From Eledone cirrhosa (Eukaryota), in NCBI GenBank assembly GCA_964016885.1, contig OZ024741.1:11222001-11286000 (forward strand): DNA of 64,000 bases. Direction: 5' to 3'. Under the pieces are notes generated by a model that saw only the letters and a program-made list of their open reading frames with translations, did not search any database and had not been told where the DNA came from. Positions 39,746 to 54,870 of the stretch are shown piece by piece. A program made the translations under genes and the position numbers. Position 1 is the stretch's first letter, and the number at the start of each line of letters is the position of its first letter.

Positions 39746-40140
39746 GTGGTAGTATGTGATGGTGGTGATGGTGATGGTGGTGGTGATGGTGGTAGTGGTG
39801 ATGGTAGTGGTGGTGGTGGTGTTAGTGGTGGTGATGGTGGTGGTGGTGATGGTGGTGGTGGTGGTGATAGTGATGGTGGTAGTGATGCTAGTGGTGGTGG
39901 TGGTGGTAGTGGGGGTGATGGTGGTGGTGTAGGTGGTGATGATGTAGGTGGTGGTGATGGAAGTGGTGGTGGTGGTGGTGGCAGTATGTGGTGGTGGTGG
40001 AGGTGGTAGTGGTAGTGTTAGTATGTGGTGGTAGTGTTAGTATGTGGTGGTAGTGTTAGTATGTGGTGGTAGTGATGGTGGTAGTGGTAGTATGTGTGGT
40101 GGTGGAGGTGGTAGTGGTAATGGTAGTAGTGGTACACAAT
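39746..40140. repeat. (GGT)n/(GAT)-rich low-complexity tract
   Basis: Direct reading. Confidence 0.95.
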
Positions 40141-40271
40141 GGTAGTATGAGGTATGTAATGCTTATATGTAGTAGCTGGGGCAGTAGTTGAATATTCATG
40201 CCAGCTTCTCGAGCAGAAGTATTGAGAGACTGCATAATATGACATGGAAAATATAGTCTACCATACTCCTG

Positions 40272-40550
40272 CATACACACACACACACACACACACACGC
40301 ATACACAGACACACACACATACGCATACACACACATACATACACAGGCACACACACACACACACACACAGACATACACACACAGACACACAGACATACAC
40401 AGACACAGACATACACACACAGACATACATACAGACATACACAGACACAAACACACACACACACACACAGACATAAACAGACACACACATACACAGACAC
40501 CCACCCACACATACAGACACATTGACACACACATACACACACACACATAT
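40272..40550. repeat. (CA)n/(CACAGA)n microsatellite
   Basis: Direct reading. Confidence 0.95.
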
Positions 40551-40609
40551 ATATAAAAAATATATGACACACAAACATATATCATATATATATATATGTA
40601 TATATATTT

Positions 40610-40816
40610 AAACGTTAAACAAGGTTCAATGAATAAATCAAAGAATTAGTTTTACAATAGATTGGAAACACTCAACAGAGATGGTTTTCTATTTTCATGC
40701 ATCATCTTATTTTATCTGATGAGGACGTACTGTTGAAGTTAGCTCAGTACCTCTGAAATATGTATAATAAAATATACTTGATCACAATGAAGTTCTATTT
40801 TTGTTAATATTTTGAA
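40610..40816. mobile_element. Second, rearranged copy of the 33791-34152 PLE pLTR element
   Basis: 40610-40690 is the reverse complement of ~34072-34150, and 40705-40816 matches ~33948-34056 directly. Confidence 0.8.
40708..40774 (+). ncRNA. Type I hammerhead ribozyme motif
   Basis: Stem I UAUUUUAU/AUAAAAUA (8 bp), CUGAUGA, stem II GUACUG/CAGUAC, GAAA, minimal stem III and an AUA cleavage triplet. Confidence 0.72.
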
Positions 40817-40819
40817 TGA

Positions 40820-42700
<1,881 letters not shown>

Positions 42701-43035
42701 CATCATCATCATTTTACGTCCGCTTTTCCCTGCTTGCAAGGGTGGGACGGGAACTGATTCTGGCTTGATTTCTACAGCTGGATGCCCTTCCTAACACCAA
42801 CCTCATTTACAGTGAGTACTGGGTGCTTTTTTGCCGTGGCACCTCCACGACCACTTTTGCAGTGGACTGATATGAACCCCAGTCCCTATCATCTCATTTC
42901 TACAGCTGAGTAAACTGGAGCAATGTGAAATAAAGTGTCTTGCTCAAGGAAACAACACATCACCCGGTCTGAGAATTGAACTCACAACCTTTTGATTGCA
43001 AGGCAAATGCTCTAACCTCTAAGCCATGTGCCTCC
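42701..43035 (-). mobile_element. Full-length tRNA-derived SINE with an RTE-B-type tail
   Basis: Reverse complement of the 33432-33782 family. Confidence 0.93.
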
Positions 43036-43124
43036 ATATATATATATATATATATAGTTTATATATATATATATATAGTATATATATATATATATATATA
43101 GTATATAGTATATATATATATAGT

Positions 43125-43320
43125 AAACAAAGGAAATGTGGTAAGGAACCAGGTAGACCATAACGCACCAAAGTATTCAATACTTAGGGTAGTAGAGTGG
43201 GTAATAGGAACAAGTAAGACCCCGACGGCTGAGCTCAAGCCGTTTCGACGGCTAATTCAGTCCAGAATTAGCCGTCGAAACGGCTTGAGCTCAGCTGTCG
43301 GGGTCTTACTTGTTCCTATA
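43125..43320. repeat. Fold-back element, copy 2
   Basis: Homologous to 14335-14530. Confidence 0.87.
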
Positions 43321-43473
43321 TAGTATATATATATATATATATATAGTATATATATATAATATATATATATATAGTATATATATATAGTATATATATATAG
43401 TAAATATATATATATAGTATATATATATAGTAAATATATATATATAGTATATATATATAGTAAATATATATAT

Positions 43474-43693
43474 GAAAGGTCGATTGACTTTCGTCAAATC
43501 GGACCGAGGGAACAATGTTTCCGTTGGTCTTTCCAATTGCTAATACTATCTATCGGTCGCAACTCCAGGTAGAAGGAGCAACGTGAAATAAAGTGTCTTG
43601 CCCAAGGACATAACGCATCGCCTGGTCCAGGAATCGAACTCACAACCTTACGATTTCGAATCCAATTCTCTAACCACTCAGCCACACGCCTTC
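43474..43693 (-). mobile_element. Second tRNA-derived SINE (tRNA-Arg-like head, same central domain, different tail)
   Basis: Minus strand reads TGGCTGAGTGG..GATTCGAAATC..GAGTTCGATTCC..GTCCTTGGGCAAGACACTT, then an unrelated tail. Confidence 0.85.
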
Positions 43694-44083
43694 ACATATA
43701 TATATATATAGTATATAAATATAGTATATATATATAGTATATATATATAGTATATATATAGTATATATATATATAGTATATATATATAGTATATATATAT
43801 ATAGTATAATATATAGTATATATATATATAGTATAATATATAGTATATATATATATAGTATATATATATATAGTATATATATATATAGTATATATATATA
43901 GTATATATATATATAGTATATATATATAGTATATATATATAGTATATATATATAGTATATATATATAGTATATATATATAGTATATATATATAGTATATA
44001 TATATAGTATATATATATAGTATATATATATAGTATATATATATATATATATATATAGTATATATATATAGTATATATATATA

Positions 44084-44125
<42 letters not shown>

Positions 44126-44326
44126 TATATATATAGTATATATATAGTATATATATATATATATATATAGTATATATATATAGTATATATATAGTATATA
44201 TATAGTATATATATATATATATAAATATATAGTATATATATATATATATATAGTATATATATATATATATATATATATAGTATATATATATATATATATA
44301 TATAGTATATATATATATATATATAG

Positions 44327-44357
<31 letters not shown>

Positions 44358-44380
44358 TATATATATATATAGTATATATA

Positions 44381-44735
44381 TCATCATCATCATCATCATC
44401 ACCGTTTTACGTCCGTTCTTCCATGCTAGCATGGGTTAGACGGGTTGTCCTGTTGTGGGCAGTGTCTAGTCGGCTGACCATGCCTTGCTCATACAGGAAC
44501 TGATCTGGCTTGATTTCTACAGCTGGATGCCCTTCCTAACACCAACCTCATTTACAGTGAGTGGTGGGTGCTTTTTCGTGGCGCCTACACGTCCACTTTA
44601 CAGTGTGGGCTGGGTGCTTTTTTGCCGTGGCACCTCCACGACCACCTTGCGGTGGGGGGGGGGGGGGACATATTGTTTATATGCTTCAGCATGTACCCAT
44701 GGGAGGTCGGGTACCCTGTATTACTGCGTGACGCC

Positions 44736-44737
<2 letters not shown>
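44381..44737 (-). mobile_element. RTE family B, 3'-terminal 357 bp
   Basis: Matches 23731-24090. Confidence 0.93.
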
Positions 44738-44791
<54 letters not shown>

Positions 44792-44798
44792 GTATATA

Positions 44799-44861
<63 letters not shown>

Positions 44862-44863
<2 letters not shown>

Positions 44864-47800
44864 GCGAGCACTCCTCATTGTTTCGACCGCGGACGGCTAA
44901 CATAACCCCATCGCCCCCCCCCCCCCCCCCAACCCCCAAACGCAATCCAAAACTTCAGAGTTGGTACCATAAATGTAGGCACCCTAAAGGGTCGCGCTAA
45001 CGAGGTTGTAGAAATGCTTGAACGTAAGGAGGTCGATGTTTGTTGTATTCAAGATACCAGGTGGATGGGTGGGTCTGCTAGGTTCATTGAGGGTAAAAAA
45101 CGATGTTATAAGCTTTTCTGGGTGGGAAACGACGATGGGCTGGGTGGAGTAGGAATCATGGTAGCAGAAAAGTGGGCAGATAAGATAATAGACGTAAATA
45201 GAGTGAACGACAGAATAATTAAAATACGACTTGTCCTCAATAGAACTACGGTGACAGTAATATCTGCGTACGCACCCCAATCCGGACTGCCCGGCACTAT
45301 AAAAGACAGATTCTATGAGACACTGATGCTAACTACCTCCCAAATATCCGACAGTGACTATATAATTACGCAGGCGACCTAAATGGTCACGTTGGACAAC
45401 ATTGTGACGGCTACGACGAAATCCATGGAGGCTATGGGTTTGGTACTAGAAATGAGGAAGGCTCCAGAATCCTGGAATTCTGTGATGCAAATAACCTAAC
45501 TATCTGTAACACTAACTTCAAAAAACGTGACAATCACCTGATCACCTATAGATCCGGGGAACACACAAGCCAGGTAGATTATATCCTTACCAGAAGACGT
45601 GACAGAGTGTCTGTTGTAAACACTAAATCCCTCCCCCATGAAGAATGCACCTCCCAACATAGACTGATAATTAGCGACCTCATAGTCAGGACGAGACGTA
45701 CTCGACAGCAGAAGAGGACTATCCTCAGGAGAAAAATATGGAAGCTAAAGGACCCCACAGCCAGGAATAAATTTCAAAGCATATTACTTGATGCTTTCGA
45801 CAGTAAGGAAGAACATTTAGAGTCGGACAATATAGAGGGAGAGTGGGAATTTCTGAAAGCAAACCTGCTGTTGGCGACAGACGAAGTCTGTGGCCGGAGC
45901 AGGCCTGTAGGCAGGAGGAGAGTAACATGGTGGTGGAACAGTAAGGTGGAGGGGTCAATTAAGGCCAAAAAGCAGGCTTGGAAAGTATGGCGGGATGGGG
46001 GAAGTAGAGAAGACTATCAAGTGGCCAGGAGGGAAGCTAGGAGACAAGTGTACTTAGCAAGAAGGGAAGCTGAGGAAAGAAAGTTCAAGCATGTTCTACA
46101 ACGCGATGACCAAAAACGTGAGGTGTTCAGGATTGCCAGGCAATGCGTCAAGGAAAACGGTGATATTGTCGGGGAGAAGTGTGTACTTAACGATGATGGC
46201 ATACTTGCCATCACCGACACTGATAAGAAGGGAGATTGGAAGTGTCACTATGAAAGGCTACTAAATGAGGAGAATAAATGGGAGAAAGACAGTCTCCCCC
46301 ATATCGACCCGATAGAGGGACCAGCAGTGTTAGTCGAGGGGAGTATAATAAGTAAGGCAATCAAGGATATGAAGACGGGTAAGGTGGCTGGGCCTTCGGA
46401 AATAGTTGCTGAGATGCTGAAGGCATCTGGCACGGTGGGACACACCATGGTCACCCGCGTAGTTAACCAAGTCGTACAGAATGGGGTTGTTCCGAAGGAC
46501 TGGCATAGCATCATCATCGTTAACTGTTATAAGGGTAAAGGAGACGCCCTAGATAGGAGTAACTATAGAGGCATTAAATTAATCGACCAGGTCATGAAGG
46601 TCACGGAAAAAATAATAGCGCAACTAATCAGAGAGAGAATTGACCTAGATGAAATGCAGTTCGGGTTTGTGTCAGGCAAAAGTACCACAGACGCTCTTTT
46701 CATAGTACGACAACTACAGGAGAAGTACCTAGCTAAAGGTAAACCCCCTCTACTTAGCTTTTGTCGACCTGGAGAAAGCCTTCGACAGAGTCCCCCGCTC
46801 CATTATCTGGTGGGCTCTTAGAAAACTAGGCGTTGACGAATGGCTTGTGAGGGCTATACAAGCCATGTATAAAGAAACAGTCAGCAAGGTTAGAATTAAC
46901 AACGAATATAGTGAAGAGTTTAGCGTAAAAGTTGGCGTCCATCAGGGCTCTGTTCTCAGCCCCCTACTATTTATTATTGCCCTTCAGGCTATAACAGAGG
47001 AGTTCAAGACAGGCTGCCCATGGGATCTCCTATACGCAGATGACCTGACACTCATAGCGGAATCAATGGCCGAGCTAGAGAAGAAATTCCAAACATGGAA
47101 GCACGGCCTAGAGTCAAAAGGACTTAAAATTAACCTGGCTAAGACCAAAGTTCTAGTTTGTAGGAAAGAAAACAAGGCGGCGGTCCCTTCTGGGAAATGG
47201 TCGTGCTCGGTGTGTAGGAAAGGCGTAGGTAGAAACTCCATTTTATGTCCTAAATGCAAAGTATGGGTGCATAAAAGATGTAGTGGGATCACAGGTAAGC
47301 TAACTAAGAACATAGATTTTACATGTGGCCGGTGTTCTGGTGCAATAAGTAGCAGCAAGTGCCCACAAAATACTAGCTCTTTCAATTGCGCAGAGGGTTC
47401 TATAGAAATAGTGGACAGCTTCCGTTACCTGGGCGATAAAATCAGCAGTGGGGGAGGGTGCTCTGAAAGTACTGTAGCTAGAGTCAGAACTGGTTGGAAA
47501 AAGTTCAGAGAGCTTATACCACTATTAGCTGCTAAAGGGTTCTCCCTAAAAATGAAAGGCAGGTTGTACGATGCCTGCATACGAACAGCAATGTTGCATG
47601 GTAGTGAGACCTGGGCATTGTGTGCAGAGGATATACGCAGACTAGAGAGGAACGAAGCTTGCATGCTCCGCTGGATGTGTAACAGTAATATACGTGAACG
47701 GCAAAGCATAAACGAACTAAGGAAAAAATTAGAGATAAGAGGGATCAGATGTTGTTTACTCGAGAGAAGGCTGCGTTGGTATGGACACGTGATGCGCATG

Positions 47801-48361
47801 AAAGTCGATAGCTGTATAACAAAGTGCAGGGCAATAAAGATAGACGGTAGCCACGGAATAGGCAGACCTAGAAAAACCTGGGATGAGCTGATAAACTCCG
47901 ACCTCACACACTTACACCTCTCCAAGACAATGTCACTGGACCGAGACCTTTGGCGGTACTCAGTAACAGAGAAGACCCGCCTTGCCAGTAGGCATCTCTA
48001 AACAAAATACACCCCGTCCTGCCACCACCCCCCACCCCATCCACACCACCCCGTTCTATGTAAAGTTATGTTGGTGCCGCGCCATCCAGGCCGAAACAAA
48101 TGAGATCGTGTAGGTGTCACGACAAAAAAACACACAGTCCACGCTGTAATGTGGCCGTGTAGGCAACACGGTAAAAACCTCCCAGACCCACACTGTAAAT
48201 GTGGTTGGTGTTAGGAAGGGCATCCAACTGTAGAAAACCTGCCAGGCAGTCCTATGCGAGCAAGACAATCACTCTTGCCTCAAGTGGGACTACCCACGTC
48301 CAAACCCATGCAAGCGTGGAACACGGACGTTAAACGTTGATGATGATGATGATGATGATGA
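44862..48361 (+). mobile_element. RTE family A, nearly full ORF broken by frameshifts (~45368, ~46748, plus poly-C slip)
   Basis: ORF pieces 45014-45382, 45607-46821 and 46847-48001; PHD finger intact; tail present. Confidence 0.95.
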
Positions 48362-48620
48362 TATATAGTATATATATATATAGTATATATATATATAGTA
48401 TATACATATATAGTATATATACATATATATATATAGTATATATATATATATATATATATAGTATATATATATATATATATATATATAGTATATATATATA
48501 TAGTATATATATATATAGTATATATATATATAGTATATACATATATAGTATATATACATATATATATATAGTATATATATATATATATATATATAGTATA
48601 TATATATATATATATATATA

Positions 48621-48662
<42 letters not shown>

Positions 48663-48742
48663 TATATATATATATATATATATAGTAATATATATATATA
48701 TATATATATATATAGTATATATATATATATATAGTATATATA

Positions 48743-48782
<40 letters not shown>

Positions 48783-48800
48783 TATATATACTATATATAT

Positions 48801-50023
48801 CCTCAAAGTCAACATGACAAAGACTAAGGTCCTTATAAGTAGACGAGAAAACAGAACCCAGATCCCCTCAGGGAAATGGCCTTGCTCAGTATGTAGGAAA
48901 GGTGTAGGTAGGAACTCCATTCTTTGCCCCAAATGCAAACAATGGGTACACAAGAGATGTAGCGGGATCTCAGGAAGCTTAATTAAGAATGTAGGATTCA
49001 CATGCAGCAGCTGTGCTGAAACAGCAAGCAAACAGCCACAGGAAACAAGTACCACCAATCTCTGGGAGGGCCCTGTAGAAACAGTAGACAGCTTCTGCTA
49101 CCTAGGTGACCGAATTAGCAACGGAGGTGGGTGCTCAGAAAGTACAATAACTAGGGTAAGAACGGGATGGAAGAAGTTTAGGGAACTACTACCACTGCTA
49201 GCTGCAAAAGGCTTCTCCCTCAGAATGAAAGGCAGACTGTATGATGCGTGTATCCGAACAGCGATGTTGCATGGTAGTGAGACCTGGGCGCTGAAGGTGG
49301 AAGACTTACGTAGATTAGAGAGAAACGAAGCCTGCATGCTCCGATGGATGTGTAACAGTAATATACGTGAACGACAAAGCATAAATGAATTGAGAGAGAG
49401 ACTGAGCATAAGAGGAATCAAATGCTGCGTGCAGGAGAGGCGGTTACGCTGGTATGGACATGTGATGCGTATGAAGGATGACAGCTGCATAAAAAGGTGC
49501 AGAGCACTAGAAGTTGATGGAAACCGCGGAGTGGGGAGACCCAAGATGACTTGGGATGAGGTGATAAAAGCCGACCTTACCCAACTACACCTCTCTTGGG
49601 ATGAGGTGATAAAAGCCGACCTTACCCAACTACACCTCTCAAAGTCAATGACACACGACCGTGACTTCTGGCGTCACGCAGTAATACAGGGTACCCGACC
49701 TCCCATGGGTACATGCTGAAGCATATAAACAATATGCCCCCCCCCCCCCCACCGCAAGGTGGTCGTGGAGGTGCCACGGCAAAAAAGCACCCAGCCCACA
49801 CTGTAAAGTGGACGTGTAGGCGCCACGAAAAAGCACCCAGCACTCACTGTAAATGAGGTTGGTGTTAGGAAGGGCATCCAGCTGTAGAAATCAAGCCAGA
49901 TCAGTTCCTGTATGAGCAAGGCATGGTCAGCCGACCAGACACTGCCCACAACAGGACAACCCGTCTAACCCATGCTAGCGTGGAAGAACGGACGTAAAAC
50001 GGTGATGATGATGATGATGATGA
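48801..50023 (+). mobile_element. RTE family B, 5'-truncated (ORF 48814-49719) with a 45-bp in-frame tandem duplication
   Basis: PHD finger and thumb present; WDEVIKADLTQLHLS appears twice. Confidence 0.94.
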
Positions 50024-50027
50024 TATA

Positions 50028-50168
50028 TACATATGTTGATGCCCTACGGACAGACACTGGTCTGTTGGAGATGCAGGATATGGCAGCGATAATGAGGGAC
50101 AGAGACCGCTGGAGAGAACTCGTCCATGGATCTCTGGAATTCTACCCGCCTTAGATAGATAGATAGAT
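50028..50168 (+). mobile_element. 3' stub of a third RTE-type family with a (TAGA)n tail
   Basis: TYVDALRTDTG..MRDRDRWRELV is an RTE-like C-terminus; the stop codon runs directly into TAGATAGATAGA. Confidence 0.72.
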
Positions 50169-50582
50169 ACTATATGTATATATATATACTATATATATAT
50201 ATATACTATATATATATATATGTATACTATATATATATATATATATGTATATACTATATATTTATATATACTATATATATATATATATATACTATATATA
50301 TATATATATATATACTATATATATATATACTATATATATATATATATATATACTATATATATATATATACTATATATATATATATATATATACTATATAT
50401 ATATATACTATATATATATATATATATATACTATATATATATATATACTATATATATATATATACTATATATATATATATATACTATATATATATATATA
50501 CTATATATATATATATACTTATATATATATATACTATATATATATATATACTATATATATATATATATACTATATATATATA

Positions 50583-50649
<67 letters not shown>

Positions 50650-50967
50650 TATATATATATACTATATATATATACTATATATATATACTATATATATATA
50701 TATACTATATATATATACTATATATATATATATATATATACTATATATATATACTATATATATATATATACTATATATATATACTATATATATATATATA
50801 TACTATATATATATATACTATATATATATACTATATATATACTATATATATATAATATATATATACTATATATATACTATATATATATAATATATATATA
50901 CTATATATATATAATATATATATACTATATATATATATATATATACTATATATATATACTATATATA

Positions 50968-51003
<36 letters not shown>

Positions 51004-51013
51004 GATATATATA

Positions 51014-51047
<34 letters not shown>

Positions 51048-51133
51048 TATATATATACTATATATATATATATATATATATATACGATATATATATACTA
51101 TATATATATATATATATATATATACGATATATA

Positions 51134-51167
<34 letters not shown>

Positions 51168-51177
51168 GATATATATA

Positions 51178-51217
<40 letters not shown>

Positions 51218-51263
51218 TATATATATATATATATATATATTATTATATATATATATATACATA

Positions 51264-51297
<34 letters not shown>

Positions 51298-51309
51298 TAT
51301 ATATATATA

Positions 51310-51388
<79 letters not shown>

Positions 51389-51408
51389 TATATATATATA
51401 TATATATA

Positions 51409-51454
<46 letters not shown>

Positions 51455-51489
51455 TATATATATATATATATACTATATATATATATATA

Positions 51490-51563
<74 letters not shown>

Positions 51564-51585
51564 CTATATATATATATATACTATA

Positions 51586-51617
<32 letters not shown>

Positions 51618-51634
51618 CTATATATATATATATA

Positions 51635-51665
<31 letters not shown>

Positions 51666-51670
51666 CTATA

Positions 51671-51705
<35 letters not shown>

Positions 51706-51855
51706 TATATATTTATATATATATATATATACTATATATTTATATATATATATATATATATACTATATATATATATATATATACTATATATATATATACT
51801 ATATATATATATATATATATACTATATATATATATATATATACTATATATATATA

Positions 51856-51893
<38 letters not shown>

Positions 51894-51985
51894 TATATAT
51901 ATATATATATATACTATATATATATACTATATATATATACTATATATATATATATATATATATATACTATATATATATATATATA

Positions 51986-52016
<31 letters not shown>

Positions 52017-52066
52017 CTTTATATATATATATATATATATATACTATATATATATATATATATATA

Positions 52067-52097
<31 letters not shown>

Positions 52098-52116
52098 CTA
52101 TATATATATATATATA

Positions 52117-52147
<31 letters not shown>

Positions 52148-52195
52148 CTATATATATATATATATATATATACTATATATATATATATATATATA

Positions 52196-52225
<30 letters not shown>
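50169..52225. repeat. ~2-kb (TA)n / TACTA-variant tract
   Basis: Direct reading. Confidence 0.97.
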
Positions 52226-52226
<1 letters not shown>

Positions 52227-54180
52227 ACTTTGAATAACTTTGAAATGTTTTGGCCAGTATTGGCCCAGGCCATGTCTAACTTAATAGCACCACCTGGCGA
52301 AGTCTTTCAATTCAGGATTTGGGCACCATGGCCCATTCGAGAAGAGAATTACTGTTTGCGGAGACATATCCGGGTGTGGGTGGTTTGTCCGGGATTACTT
52401 GGAGGAATTTGTCCAAAGACTTCTTGAATTTTGTGTGGTCAGTTTCTGTTTTGACGTGTCCTGGTGTGATGTTGAAGAGAGCAGGGCCGATTGAGGTGAA
52501 ATAATTGTGCCGTATTGTTGTTATGAGTTGCGATTTAGATTTTTGAATGGGACGGATAGCACGGGGCCCAAGCCTTGGGTGTATCTTGAAGGCGATGCCA
52601 ACATCATTTGGGCAGTGATGATGGAACATTTTCCACATCATGCAGATAATATAACGCTCACGGCGACGTTGGAGTGAGTAAAGTTTCAGGTTTTCTAATC
52701 GACCCCAGTAGTCAAGGTCTGACATGCCATCTATCTTTTTCGTGATTGCCCTTTGAGGAGCTTCAAGTTTCATGATACTTTGTTTCGTGTGGGGAGACCA
52801 CAGTGGACAACAGTATTCAAGGTGTGGTCGGGCAAAAGTAGAGAAGAGAAGGATAATGGTGCGGGAATCTCTCGACTGGAAGGTTCTGAGGATCCAGGAA
52901 CACATTCTGCGGGCCATGTCAACTTTGTTGCTTATATGCGTGGTCCAGCTTATGTTGCTGTCCACGGTTACTCCCAAGTCTCTGATGTTGTTAGATGCCA
53001 CGAGAGTTTCCCCGGAGGGAAGGGAGTACGGGAGTTTCAGAGCATCCTCTTTTCCAAAGTGGATCAGTTCGAATTTGTCTTCGTTCAGTAACATGTTGTT
53101 CTTTTCTGCCCATTGGGTAACAGCCAGTAGGTCTGACTGAAGGCTTATCCGGTCATCCACGCCATTGATGACCTTTTGGAGCTTGGAATCATCAGCGAAA
53201 ATTTTAATGTTGCTGTGTTTGATGATCTCAGTGATGTCATTAATATAGATGATGAAGAGAAGTGGGCCCAACACAGTGCCTTGTGGGACCCCACTACTGA
53301 CTTTGGCTGGGCTTGATTTGACTCCCTCAACTACAACATGTTGGGTTCTGTTTGACAGGAAGCTCTTGATCCACTGCAGCAGCTTTCCAGTGACACCAAT
53401 ATTGGACAGCTTTCTCAGTAGAATGTTATGATCAACCCTGTCAAAGGCCTTGCTGAAATCAAGGTAGATAACATCAGTGTTGGAACCCTCTCCCAAGGCT
53501 CTCAAAATGTCATCAAAGTGATGCAGTAGTTGCGTCAGGCAATCCCTTCCATTACGGAATCCATGCTGGTTGGAGTTCAGCATATTGTTACTCTCAAGGA
53601 AGTGGGTCATTCGCGATCTCACCACTCGCTCAAATACCTTAATGATATGAGAGGTGAGTGAGATTGGACGGTAATTCACGGCAAGGGATTTGTTTCCCTT
53701 TTTGAAAACTGGGACAACAGACTGGGATAGAAGGTTTTCTGGCACATATCCAGCATCCAGTGAGTTCCGCCACAGATTGGCAAGAGGAGAAGCAAGTTGG
53801 TGTTGACACGCCTTCAAGACACAAGCAGGGAACCTATCGGGACCTACTGCTGAATTATGCTTGATTTCCTTTATTGCCGCCAAGACATCAGGGGCGCCAA
53901 ACGTTATGTCCGATAAGGTGTAATGGGGAGTAACATCGCCGATACAGCCCAGATCGGCCATATCAGGATTGCTGAAAACAGAGCAGTATTGTTTCTGCAG
54001 TATCTCACCCATGGTTTTAGCATTGTCTTGAAGAGTGCCATTTTCATCAATTAGAGGGCCAACAGTAGAGCCAGTGATTTTGTGTTTTTTTGCAAATGAA
54101 AAGAACACTTTGGGATTGAGTTTGATCTTCTCAATGGCCCAGGCCTCTTCAGCTCTTCTCTGATTGTTGATGAGGGACAT
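52226..54180 (-). mobile_element. CR1/L2-group LINE, 5'-truncated, intact RT ORF (52312-54180)
   Basis: NYRPISLTS, QHGFR, YLDFSKAFD, SGVPQGTVLGP, FADD, RDLGV, LEYCCPLWSP; short 3' UTR with a GGCCA/TGGCC hairpin and (TTCAAAGTTA)2 end. Confidence 0.93.
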
Positions 54181-54190
54181 TATATATACA

Positions 54191-54224
<34 letters not shown>

Positions 54225-54505
54225 TATATATATATATACATACTATATATATATATATATATATATACTATATATATATATATACATACTATATATATAT
54301 ATATATATATATACATACATACTATATACATATATATATATATATACATACTATATACATATATATATATATATACATACTATATACATATATATATATA
54401 CATACTATATATATATATATACATACTATATATATATATATACATACTATATATATATATATATATACTATATATATATATATATATACTATATATATAT
54501 ATACA

Positions 54506-54536
<31 letters not shown>

Positions 54537-54562
54537 CTATATATATATATACATATATATAC

Positions 54563-54631
<69 letters not shown>

Positions 54632-54838
54632 ATAATAATAAAATTGAAGACTAAAATCCAAAGAGGGCTCGATAAGGATAAATATATATCAAATATATAA
54701 GAACCGTAGAGCAAATATTTATTAAAATAACAGATTAAAGTTTAAGCAAAGAATCGCTGCTTTCACCCTTAACGGGATCTTCTGAAACTAACAAAGTCAA
54801 TCTGTAAACGCAGAACTGGATATTTCAAAAAACGTTGC

Positions 54839-54869
<31 letters not shown>

Positions 54870-54870
<1 letters not shown>

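Noticed and set aside
39746-40585. Gly-rich and Cys/Val- or His/Thr-rich ORFs
   Set aside because: Translations of (GGT)n and (CA)n repeats.
50174-52227. Long Ile/Tyr-rich ORFs (also 20390, 23273, 42005, 43692, 48330, 54164, 61249)
   Set aside because: Translations of (TA)n microsatellite.
54745-54795. Possible hammerhead on (-): CAGAAGA-UCCC(GUUAA)GGGU-GAAAGC
   Set aside because: The core U4 is mutated and no convincing stem I or III is present; at most a decayed PLE remnant.
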